Origin: Hamiltosporidium tvaerminnensis FI-OER-3-3
Lineage: Eukaryota > Fungi > Microsporidia
Assembly (NCBI GenBank): GCA_022605425.2
Contig: CM061247.1
Coordinates: 1,674,001-1,738,000, forward strand
Length of the DNA stretch: 64,000 nt
Direction: 5' to 3'
The position numbers and the translations under genes are program-made. The notes under the pieces are model-generated. The model had not been told where the DNA came from and did not search any database. It worked only from the letters and a program-made list of their open reading frames with translations. This document shows, in pieces, positions 1-11,895 of the stretch. How positions within the stretch are numbered: position 1 is the stretch's first letter; each line of letters opens with the position of its first letter.

Positions 1-1086
1 TAGCAATTGAAAATAAATTTTGATCCTTAAAAATCATTGAAAATTAATTTTCAAATTTAGAAAATCATCTAATTTAAGACTGTAGAAAACCTTATCGAAA
101 ATAATTTGAAATTTCAATCAATATATTCTATTATCTTAAAAACAAGCCCAAAAACAATGATCTAAGTTTTCATTAAAAAAATGTTTGTAGAATACTTAAT
201 ATTTTTTATAAATTAGAAGCAAAATTGATTCAAAGTCAAAAAACAAATTCGAATAAAATTTTAAAAAAGAAATACGAATGAAATTAATAAAAAATCAAAG
301 GCTTTCGTTACAATGTAATTTTTCTAGCGATTGATACGAAGTAAAATCAAAATACATTTTTTCATTGAAATACACAAATAAATCAAAATATTCTTTAACT
401 TCTAGACGAATTAGAAATAAAGACAATGTAATAAAAATATTTGAAATAAATGAGCGGAAATAAAAATTTAAATTATTATAAACAAATATGATTATATTTT
501 CCAAAAAGCTATCTCGTTCATTCTGGTCAATAAATTGATAATGAAATGCGTATTGAGCAATAGTACATCAAAAGGAGACCTTGCATTTTTTTAAATAAAA
601 AAAATCTTTAAAATTATTTTATACTTGTTTTCATGGAAAATATCTGCGTGTTATAATTTTAAAATGAAATTATACTAAATATAATAAAAGGGAGATAAAA
701 AGCATGGGTTACCCGGAATGAAAACAACTTTTATCTATGGCATTTAAATATAATTCAAATTATTTTTTTGATAATCAAGAAGATTCCAAGATTAAATTTT
801 ACGCAAGGTTATAATTTTTAAACATAGTTGTAAAAGAAAAACAAGGTGCATCAATTGCTCATATCTATTTAAAAATCAAAATAAATGACTAAAGAACTAT
901 TACGCAGGCATTATATAACGTTTTAATTTATAGATACTGATACATAACTAAATGAAAGGCAACAAATCAAATTAATATAGAAATTAAAAAGATGAAAGAT
1001 AATCAAATAATATAGAATAGATTTCCCTTTTTATTAATTGAATATTGTATATAATAAAATTACGATCAAAAAAATAAGATTTGAAT

Positions 1087-2298
1087 TTAATTTTGTAATT
1101 TATTTCTCAAAATTTTAAAAATAAGTTTAAGTTTTTTGTATTGCCTGTGAGTTAAATGTTGAATGGGAAGTATTTGTTCGTTTAAAAGAACTTTAAATTT
1201 CAATGGATCTGCATTTGGAATTTTTTTTTTGGAGAAAATTTGAAAAATACGGTTGCTAAACTTAAATTTATGAGTTAAATTATACCCTGATTGGAAACAA
1301 TCAGTCTTGTTTATACAACAGCAGTGTATTTCAAAACATTGCCTTTTGTTTTTAAAAAAAACTCTTTTACCATTTTTGATCAGAGAAAAATCATTTTTAT
1401 AGTGAAAGAAATCAGGTAAGATTGCAAAACAAAAAACAAAATCATACAAAATATTAAATATCGGATGCAAGAGAGCTTTATCGGCTGAAATGCGATTCTT
1501 TGGTGATGGATCTAATGTTTTAGAAATAAAATCGGCGACAATAAGTTTATACTCTTTGCTTTTTATTGTTTCCTTATATCCTTCAAAATATTCTTCAAAA
1601 ATTTGACCTAAACTCCAAATATCTGCTTTATGATTAAATTTTTTGCATGCTCTGATTTCTGGTGCATAAAAACTATACTTAGTGTCATTAACATCACCGA
1701 TTGATGTATCAGCACATTTAAAAATATTATTTTGGGATTCTTCGAATGTAGCAATACCGAAATCTATAATTTTGCAAGTGAAATCTTCTGTTATCATAAT
1801 ATTATTATCCTTGAGATCTAAATATACTATTTTTTTTATTCTCAGATAATTTAAAGCATCCAAAATTTGCTTAATAAAATATATAAAAGTTTCAAATTCA
1901 ACTATATGCGTGCGAAAAAAATCACAAAATGTTAAAGGAATATATTCATATATAGCATATTCAAGATCTTGAATAATTTTGAATTCAAATATTTCTACAA
2001 TATTTTCATGTCTCAGTATTGTTGTAAATTGAATATCTGGGGAGTATTTAAAAATATTGTAAAAATCGATTCTTTGCACTTTTATTGCAAAGTTCTTACT
2101 TGTAGATTCCGAACTGGCTAAAAAGACTGTTCCATATGCTCCTTTTCCCAATTCTGTTTCTAATATATATCTTCTTGAAAAATTACCATGTTCTATGTTT
2201 AGATATTGTGAAGGCAGGTCTTCAAGCGTCAAATAGCACACTATAAATTTTAAACAACAAAAAATTCTAACCAGATCAGTTTTTCCGTACACCATCAT
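1087..2298 (-). CDS. Ser/Thr protein kinase (divergent, non-RD)
   Basis: 403-aa ORF with GKGAYG Gly loop, FAIK, catalytic loop IVYLDLKDNN, DFG, APE and DIWSLG motifs. Confidence 0.93.
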   Translation of the reverse strand: MMVYGKTDLVRIFCCLKFIVCYLTLEDLPSQYLNIEHGNFSRRYILETELGKGAYGTVFLASSESTSKNFAIKVQRIDFYNIFKYSPDIQFTTILRHENIVEIFEFKIIQDLEYAIYEYIPLTFCDFFRTHIVEFETFIYFIKQILDALNYLRIKKIVYLDLKDNNIMITEDFTCKIIDFGIATFEESQNNIFKCADTSIGDVNDTKYSFYAPEIRACKKFNHKADIWSLGQIFEEYFEGYKETIKSKEYKLIVADFISKTLDPSPKNRISADKALLHPIFNILYDFVFCFAILPDFFHYKNDFSLIKNGKRVFFKNKRQCFEIHCCCINKTDCFQSGYNLTHKFKFSNRIFQIFSKKKIPNADPLKFKVLLNEQILPIQHLTHRQYKKLKLIFKILRNKLQN

Positions 2299-5019
2299 TT
2301 TTTTAATGAAAAAAATTCTTTACTGAATTTTATATAAATTTATGAACTTTTTATTATCCATATTAGTAAAATTTATAAAGAAATTATTTTTCATTAAAAA
2401 ATATTATGTTCTATTTTAAAAAAAATTTAAAGAGATATTTGACATCTTTAATTGAACTATATATTTTTAACTAGAGATTTCGCTAAGAAGTTAAAAAATT
2501 GTAATTCGTTTAGCAAAAAAAATAACGACTTTCACGGTTAAAAACTTTGAACTAACAAATAAATTTATTCTAAGCTATTTATTTGGAATTGTTTATTTTC
2601 TTTCTCATCCTTATTTTCGGTTTTAATTGCTCATTTTTTTGAATTTCTACTATTTTTCTGAATTTTGAGTCGATTTATAAATCTATGTATCTTCAAACCA
2701 TGTGTTGAATTTAATATTTTAACTTCATTATCTGAAATTCTTACTTTTATCAGTGCCGACGCAAAGAAGTAACTATTTAACCGTATATGTCTGTTTCTCA
2801 CAATAATTTTTTTCCAATTACTTCCTAATTTTTATCAGCATTTGCTTGATTCTAATCTTAATCATATATCAGAAGAAACACATTTGATTATGTTTTTAGT
2901 TTATTTAAAAAATCTTGTTTTTCAGTGTTGATTTGAGCTTTTTTGATTTTTTAACGAAATTATACAAAAATTTGATAATCGTTTTTTTAATAATCCTTCC
3001 ATTTGCAGTTTTTTCTCAAAAGATAAACGCAAGTCCCAGTCGTTTTAAGGCTTCGATATATCAAGGAGACATTTCTAAATATTCTCTTTACTAGTTGGGT
3101 TTTCAGTTCAAATAAAATCTTATGATTACAAAGGAAAATGAATGTACAAAATAGAAAAACTGCTCATCGGAAATATACCCGGAAGTCTTGACAACACAAC
3201 CCATTTGTACAAAATATAAAATCGGATTTATAAAATATAAAATTTTCTAACAATTTTTTAATATTTGGAAAGCAAAAATCTTCTATGGATGATTATGAAT
3301 ACTACAATATATTCAATTTTGATACAATTTGCATATTATAATGAATATTAACAAATATCATTTTTAAAGATATTCTGTAAAGTAATATATGTTAAACTTT
3401 AAATATCCAATAATTAATACAATACCGATTCTAAAATGTAAATAATTTTTTTAATAGTACGTATAGCTTAAACAAGCAAACATTTTTGTATTCTAGTTAT
3501 GACAAAAGTTAGTAAATTTGATTTAATGAATCCAATGATAAATTTACAATAAGAAACAAGCAAAAATAAATCAGAAAGTGCTCAAGATTATGATCTTATT
3601 ATGATTTTCTTAAATTAAAAACAAACTTTAAGAACTTATATATTAAAATCTAAAATTATAAATGACTTTCATTAACCCGAACTGATCGAATATGTCTTAA
3701 AAAAAGTAAAAGCTGAATATGATACAGTAGGAAGTCAACTTCGTACACTTTTCATTTTAAAATCAATTATGAACTAAATAAGTTTAAAACAGAATATCGT
3801 TTCGTGAAGATTCGCGAAAAATTTCTTACAAAGGTCATTCTCTCAATCTATGCCGAGAACATAGGATAAAAATATACAGACTAGATGATTTGTTCTTCGT
3901 TTAAAATAAGTCCACTATATTAACAACTAGCCATCTTTACCGCAGTTAAATATATAATTTCCCAGAAAATATTTCTAACACATAAAAAATTTCACTAAAA
4001 TTTAAAAAAGACATTTGCGCCAAAAATTAAATTTTAAAAACATTACAGGTTTTGAGGTTTAAGTTAAAATGTTCAAAAAGTATTTTTTTTTGAATTACGG
4101 TTAAAAATATTGTAAAAAACCGAAATTTATATTTGTAGTTTTGCTGTAGTGTCGAGGAAAAGTTTAAAAAATAAATTGTACCTCTTTGGCCTTCAATAAA
4201 TATTATTTATCGGTAGTTTATATCTTTAAATGAACTTTTATTTTCTAAATTCACTTCCAAATTAATTAAACCGGATTATTGTATCATCTTTTCTATGATT
4301 GAAAATAAAACCCACACTAAAAATTATCTGCCTATGATGCTAAGGCAAAATTGTTGTGCTGAATAATCTGTTTAAATATTTAGTAAGATAAGAGAGTTAC
4401 TCTTTTTATTTATTATATGAGGACTTTATGACGATAATTATGTCTAAAGCGGTGAAAGTCTTTCTACAAAGTTTGTTTGTAATTTTTAATATCATCACTT
4501 ATAAATTATAGCGGATTTGTAGGTAACTGGCCTGTAAAATTCTAGAAACAGGCTTATCATTTGTTTCAAAAAACAAAAAGCCTGAGTAAGAACACATTAC
4601 CTTTAAAATGAGGAGAGACGTGAATGTCTTAGTGGACTCTGTCTAGTCACCGAGATATACCCTAGCTAGACTTATATTTAATTTGGAAAAGGTAGAATAC
4701 TAGAACTATTTCTATCATTGTGAGGTCATGATGGGTGAAACTTCGAATCATATCTTTGTTTACGTATAGTAACATAATCTGGCAAACTTTTCATATATTA
4801 TATCGCTCTGCAATCATCTGTAAGGGACGCATTGAGATTTATGTAAACTCTATAAACAGGTTTAATGTCATTTAAAAATATATAAGAATTATACTTGTTA
4901 AAAAAAACATATTTTCTGAATATATTATGAAATCAGCGATACTATTGAGATGAATATAGCAGAAAAGTATTTTACAATGAAAAAAATATTCTGAAATCTC
5001 TATGAATAATGTTTGTTCA

Positions 5020-5740
5020 CTTTATTTAAAAGTATCCCATCTTTTTACAATAGTGGCAAGTGTTATATTTGTTTTCATGACATTAACGCAGCTCTAGGTT
5101 TAACATAAATAACTGCTACCTCAACACTCCATCAGTAGCCCCTGCGATACCTACATCACAAATCCTTTCATTTCCAGGTATGTGAACCTAATTAATAGGC
5201 GAGGTAGTTGCCCGGAGTTTGTTAATGTCAGTTGCATGAAGTGTGATCGAAGACCGATGCCTCCCTGGGCTCCCCCAAGACTATGCAGCGTTTCCACTTA
5301 CTCTACACTTCAGAACTCAATAAACTTCTAGCTAAGATATATTCCAGTGATTTGCATGGAGTCCACCTAGACAGTGCAATGTCATACCAACAGGTATAAC
5401 CTGCTACTTAGCTTTCCCGGCTTATAATAATTTTTATTTTTATATCTCCTAGGCGCTAAGTCTTCTAATCCGAGTGAGCAAGGCTAGGTTTTTATGCTTT
5501 TACATGGCAATTACCAACAATTTCAGCCGCGGTCTGCAATCTGGTTACATGAAAAACTACATATAAATTTATAGAAAGAGTTTCTCCATTTTTTAGACCT
5601 CTCCTCTTCATAACAAGCCCATGGAATAACCGAAGATATAGTGTGGTTGTATTCCCACCAAATCCAAACAATGATCCTCATATGAGTTTCACACACTCAT
5701 TCTCATGCAGAAAGTTTTTTAGGTAGTTATTATCTTTCCA
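5020..5740. repeat. ~720-bp non-coding dispersed repeat, family A copy 1
   Basis: Aligns end to end with 17083-17805 and 40737-41457 (shared start CTTTATTTAAAA; shared blocks such as CACCTAGACAGT and GCGGTCTGCAATCTGGTTAC). No ORF, TIR or TSD found. Confidence 0.93.
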
Positions 5741-6088
5741 TATATTTTCCTTGATATAAAAAAATACATTAAGATTATAATTACTCTACAGAAATAATTA
5801 ATATTTAATTTAAACTTTAATACAAAGAAATTCCACATAAAGGAAAAAAATCATATATTTTCTGCATAATAAGTTTTGGAAACGTCAAAATAGTTTTTGT
5901 ATGGTTTTTCTGATTAATTCTAGTTGTTCGAATTTTTTTAGCTTAATTTTCTTAAATTACAATAATTGGAGTAATAAGCAAGAAATATGATATTTATTAC
6001 AATATAAAATAAAATCTAAAAATTGAATAAATTACAAATACAATTTGAACTAGATATTTTATTAGAAACAAGTTACAAGAGATTTTTT

Positions 6089-6973
6089 TTACCAAATCCT
6101 ATCCAGACTAATATGTTTCTCCTCTTTTTTATATAGGAGTATATCTTTAAGTCCTGATTCATAGTAATTTAGATCCATTATCGATAAAAATAACAACATA
6201 AATAAAATAGTAATTGAATATGCCGAAACAATATTAAGACTAATTAGAAAATAATTACCTTTTGTTCAAATCTATGAAAATAAATAATCGGTAGAATTTA
6301 AAACCCAACCTAAATAGAATAATAAAAATAGTAAATATTTTAAGTCTTTTGCATTCGTAAACATTTCTGGCAAAGGAATAACTTAATGCTAATATACAAA
6401 ATGTTTCGATTGTCAAAAAAAAATTCCTGTTTGGGATTTTATACTCTCTCAACATCATTCCAAAAGAAATTACTATATTTGTAAATATTATGTAAATCCA
6501 TAAGCCATTTAACGCTTTTCGAACCCAATTAGAAATAAACTTACTATAAAAGCATTCTTGATATCTAAATTTGCTCCTAAATATTTATAATTTTTCCAAA
6601 TGATGTATTTAAAAATCTTATTTATATTTTTGTGTAATGCGATATATGAAAGTATCTTTATAGTCGCTTGCAGATATTTTATATAACCTATATTTAGTGT
6701 CAAACAGAATATCAATTTAGCAAATATAATATATATCTCTATTAAAATAACTATTACGATTTCTGAAAGTGAATAATCAGAAAAAATACGGATTGTACAA
6801 AAGAACGAATAGAATGCATTATATAAAATACTGAACTCATATTCTATTATATTCATTCCTTGTATTCTTGAATTATTCATAAACGCACTACTATTTCGAT
6901 ATAATACTAAGCCTTCTATTATATAACTAATAAAGGTACAAAAAACATATTTTCTTAATAAGTGTGATTTCAT
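6089..6973 (-). CDS. Three-exon multi-pass membrane protein of unknown family (~281 aa); intron 1 acceptor is non-canonical, so it may be a recent pseudogene
   Basis: Exons 6973-6545, 6524-6259 and 6239-6089 join into one stop-free frame after removing a 20-nt intron (6525-6544, GTAAGTTTATTTCTAATTGG) and a 19-nt intron (6240-6258, GTAATTATTTTCTAATTAG). Both intron positions and phases match the paralogue at 18539-19432. Confidence 0.75.
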
Positions 6974-9634
6974 ATTCAAACTAAAAACTTGGCTATATAT
7001 AATTTGAGGATTGTTAATTTTATATTTAATCTAAAATATAATTAATTTTTAATTGAATATTTTATCTTGAATTAATTATATTAAAAATGTAATTACAATT
7101 AAATCTAGGTATATTATATTGATCAAATTTATATTAAAATTTATCTGTTAGCTATTTTTTGTCAAGTCAAATTATAAAATTAAGTACAAAGAAAAATTAC
7201 AACTATAAAAACCATGTATTATCAAATTTCTAATATTTGACTTCGAATTTAACAATAAAAATATTTGATATTAAAAAGTTCATAATTAAATTTAATGTCG
7301 AAATAGACTAATAAAATTTATGTCTTTTGATTGATATGGGTGTTCAGATCACTTTAATTAAAAAATATTTGATATTAATTTAAAACCAAATGTTAAAAAT
7401 TATAGAAACTCAGAATTTATAACGAATTATTAGTATTTAACTAAACATCGAAAAAAATGTCTCAAATGTATAATATTTCGATTTTTTAAGCTATTCAAGC
7501 ACACAAAAGTTGTATTAATCTGAAAATATTATCTTACGGTGCAGCACTTCAAGATATTAAGCAGCTTGACGATCATTAATTACGCCTTTTTATTAAGAAC
7601 AATAATTCTTTATTGCAAATAGTAAGTTTCTTTGGGTCTTCGTTAATATAATCTACCAATTTTTTAGAGGTCTATCTTGTCTTCTCGAACCTTAGGTACT
7701 CTTTTTAAATTTTACTGGTCACCCGCTCTATGTCATTTTTACTATCTGTTCGAGCTATTCTAGTTTTCTTTTTTAGTTACAATGATCATAATCTATTTTC
7801 GATAAAGGTCATGTGGCTCCAAATACGTTATCATTTTTGAATCTTTTTTTTTAACCGGCAATAATCCCTTTTGAAATCATCCCCCCTATAATCTAACATA
7901 TCTTCGCCTCTGCTTGCATTCACGAACGGTTCAGAACCAAATTATTTGGTTCTAGTAATTATTTTATATATTTGATAATATATTTCGGCTTACTCTATTG
8001 CTGGATGCTTGGAAACATATAAAATAATTAATTATTCTTTCTGTTATTGCAATGGAAATATTAAATAATACAGATTTTGCTTACATTGCCTCAATATTAG
8101 TATCTGTAGGAATTAAGCTTTATAATATTTGATCTTTATTGAAACTTGATTGAATTCAAATAAAAAAATGCATTATGTGACTTAAAAAGCTTCTCCTGTC
8201 ATTTTTAACACTATTGCTTTTTGATTTAATTTAAGATATTTCTATCCCATTAATCAAAAGCGTATACCATGAATATAAGATCCGAATTCAAAAAAATCAC
8301 AATACAAAAGAAATACTGAATAGTATGCTTTTTATTTTAAAAGTTGTTATTGATATAGCAACAGATAATAATTTATATTATATTTAATCTTAATTATTTA
8401 AGCACTAGAGCCAAGAACCGGGCCAAAATATGTTAAACTAGTCATCGGAAGCAAGTTTAATCGATTTATATTATTACATGACATATCATTCATTATGGAA
8501 CAGATTCTGGGATAAATATGGTGAAAGAATTCATAATTATGATGTTCAACATATACATTTGGATCCTAAGTATTTATACATGTAAGGAATTTGAAATAAA
8601 CACTTATTTTTGAGAAACCAAGCTTTTGAATAACCACTACTTAAAATTATTTTCTATTTCTTTATGATAAAAATATGCACATTATCAAATAAACCAATGT
8701 GTTAGTTATCTATCAACAAAAATGAAAACTATTTGAACTAAAAATTTATGTTTAGTCTATAAAACATGTACTGAGCTAACCAGTTTCCCGAAATCTTACT
8801 TTTTATTACAATTATTATATTAAAAGACGACTATGACTTAATTTTACTCATTTTTCATGCAATTTGCATTTTTGAAATATTCTGCCTCATGAGAAATACC
8901 CAACAGCTATTTTAAGATTATTAAAAAAAGATGTCTTATTAATATTAGAAAATAATGAACCAAATAAACATAGAATCATAAAGATTTGAAGTTGTGCATA
9001 TAACTATCTATAATACAATTTACCATCATAATTGGATAAAAACCTTACTATCTTATTCCAGTCCTCTGTACCTCTCGGGGATGAGGATGAACAAATACAA
9101 CGCCAATATATTATGTTGCCAATCAATGCCTTGTATTTTTTTGGCTCCATTCCTCTTTTTTAAAGCCGTCTGATAAAAAAACCTCACTTATATCTAGTAA
9201 AAACATGTTAGAGTTCTTAATTTATTGAGCGAAACAAAATGACCATTGAAAATTCAAATCATATACATTTTTTTGGATAAAATTTACTTAAGCATTATAT
9301 GATAGTACAGATTTATAATTATTCCCTAAAGAGATTATATCATAACTAATAATATTCAGAGTCTAGGAATATGTATGATAATCATCACTAAGCAACCATA
9401 AAACCAAGTAAAAACAATCAATATTAATCTAAAAACATATTGTTCTAATCTTTATATCCCCTTAATTTATTAAACTAGAGATTCACATGTCATATTCTAA
9501 TAATGTTCTCGAAGGCAATCATTTTTTTGCAACTTTTTAAAACATCATGGTTTGAGTTTACCGTGAAATTCATAGTACTAAACAAATTTTTTAGTTTATA
9601 AAAATACAGATATTCTCTAAATTATTTTACTTAG

Positions 9635-9850
9635 TTATTCCATTCCTCTTTTACCTCTCGGTTTGGAGGTTGAAAAACTGGAAATTTTCAATTGTTTCTT
9701 TTAATCTGTTGTTACTCGGGATTATAGGGGATTGGCCTAAAAATCCGATGTGGTTTATAGCCTAGCAAAATTACAACAATTATTTTCTCATCAATTTCAC
9801 ACACTCACTGACAGCCAGTGGGTTTTAATGTGGTTATTCTTTCTCCACCA
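9635..9850. repeat. ~210-bp non-coding dispersed repeat, family B copy 1
   Basis: Aligns with 13635-13845 and with the reverse complement of 29625-29842. A partial copy of the left end sits at 9053-9097. Confidence 0.8.
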
Positions 9851-9904
9851 CTAAAAATTTTTACAAAAATAAATATTATAACATATGGATATTCTATTTG
9901 ATTT

Positions 9905-11895
9905 ATCCTGAAATTTATTAAGGTAATTATATCAAAATGGAAAATTGATATATCAGTAGGGCCTGAAAAAATCATGAGCAAGAAGATTGATAGAGGGATT
10001 TTACAAGGAGATAGCCTGTCACCTTTGTTATTTGTGTTGTGTATGGATCCTTTAAGCCGAAAGCTAAATGAAAAATACACAAAAGTGACTCTAAAAACAG
10101 ATGCAGAATCCCATTCTACTAATCATCTCTTGTTTATTGATGATCTTAAGCTCCTTGCAAAAGACAGCTCCACATTGAGTGCTATGACAGGCGAGGCAAA
10201 GGAATTTTTAGAGGTGATTGGCTTAGAGATTAACAAAGAGAAGTCAGCCACAAATGATACGTGTTGTGAAGATACTGCAACTCTTCTAGAAGGTGTTAGT
10301 GTTTACAAATATTTAGGTATAATAGAAGATAGCAGAGGAATCCCAACACGTAGCTCATTTGAAGAAGTACAAAGCAAACTTATATCAAGAGTTGAAAGAC
10401 TTTTTCCCACTAGATTAAATGCAAAAAAATTATTTTCTTTCAATCAATCAATATGCGATATCGTTAATTAACTACCACATAGGAGTACTTCGACTTGAAC
10501 CGGCTGACTTCTCTAAGTTAGATGATGCTGTGCGTGCGGTGTTGGTGAAGAATAAGATACATCTCCGCCCAGGATGTAAAGAACGTTTATACCTTCCTAG
10601 AGCAGAACTTGGAAGAGGCCTACATAGTATTTTGTTGCGAAGTTAACATATGCTTCTGCAACTCATTGATTGTCTGGAAAAAAGTAAAGAATTATCAACT
10701 AGACGAGCAGCAATCCTCAAGGTGGAGAATAATAATAAATCCCATCTTGCACTAATAAAAGGCTTCTTAAAAGTAAAGTACAGGTTGGTAGAAGAAGTCA
10801 CTAAGAAAAGTTTAGAAGAAGCTCAACTTGCAAAACTATATAACGAAATAGAAAAACGAAAACTCCATTCAAAGTTATATAATGCAAGAAAAAATGAGCT
10901 TGTAATGTTTAGTGACTCTTCAAGATGGCTAAAGAGAGGAAATATTAGGCCAAGAAATGAAGCTGTGTTCTGCTATATCCAGGATAGAAATGTATTCTGG
11001 GGAGCAGATGGTGTGTGTCAACATTGTGGGAAGTCTGGTAAGACTGTAGATCATCTAGCAACTAGATGTGAAAAAATGCTAGGCCATGACTATACCAGAC
11101 GGCATAATGAAGTAGTTAGATGCCTACACCTACTTCTTCTAAATAGATATAAGTTTAAGTCCTCAAAACGAATTAGGAGTCACTCAGTTCAAGAAATTCT
11201 TGATAATGAGTACGCAGAGATAAGAGTGGACACCAGAATAAAAACTGATGTTAAAATTCGGAATAACAGACCGGACATATTTATTTTAGATAAGAAGAAG
11301 AATAAGATAACACTCATTGAAGTAGGAATCACTTCCAAAGATTCACTTCAAAATGTTGAAACTGAAAAACTTAGGAAGTATGACCTGTTAGCCAATGAGT
11401 TGGGTCTTATTTATAAGTGTAGTGTTGAGATAATCCCTTATGTGATGACCTGGGACGGTATTGTGACAAAATACCATAAATCTCATCTTAAAAGACTAGA
11501 AATACCCATGAATGTAGAGGCATACATTCAGTCTATAGTACTTAAGAAGACAGTCGAAACAATTTCCTTTGATCGACGAAGAGGACTTGAGTCAGGACTA
11601 AATGCCGAAGAGAGCTGGGAGAGAGCGTCAATGGGTGTTATTATGAGATCAGAGATGCATGAAGAACCAATACCCCCTTTAAAAGAAGCGAAAAGAGAGG
11701 AAGATGGTGTTAAAATTTTAAAACCAAAAAATAATACACCCTTTATTTCACAAGGAGGAACCACTTTAGAGGAACCGACCAATAACATAAATGAAGAGTC
11801 GGATTTGGAAGATGAGACAATAGTGGTTAATGAGGTAGAAGAAAACATATAAAAATGTTAAAAAATATTTTAACCCAGAATTTTATTCAATAAAT
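9905..11895 (+). mobile_element. 5'-truncated non-LTR retrotransposon (RT + CCHC + restriction-like endonuclease; R2/R4-type RLE group), disrupted
   Basis: RT motifs GILQGDSLSPLLF, LLFIDDLKL and YKYLG, then CQHC..H..C knuckle, RHNEVV, RPDI..LIEVG..KY. Frameshift near 10430-10445 and in-frame TAA at 10644-10646. Confidence 0.93.

Noticed and set aside
11528-11848. Antisense or overlapping ORFs (also 9805-10080, 22936-23163, 31203-32074, 48651-48914, 52854-53087)
   Set aside because: They are shadow frames of real genes or elements and have no independent motifs.
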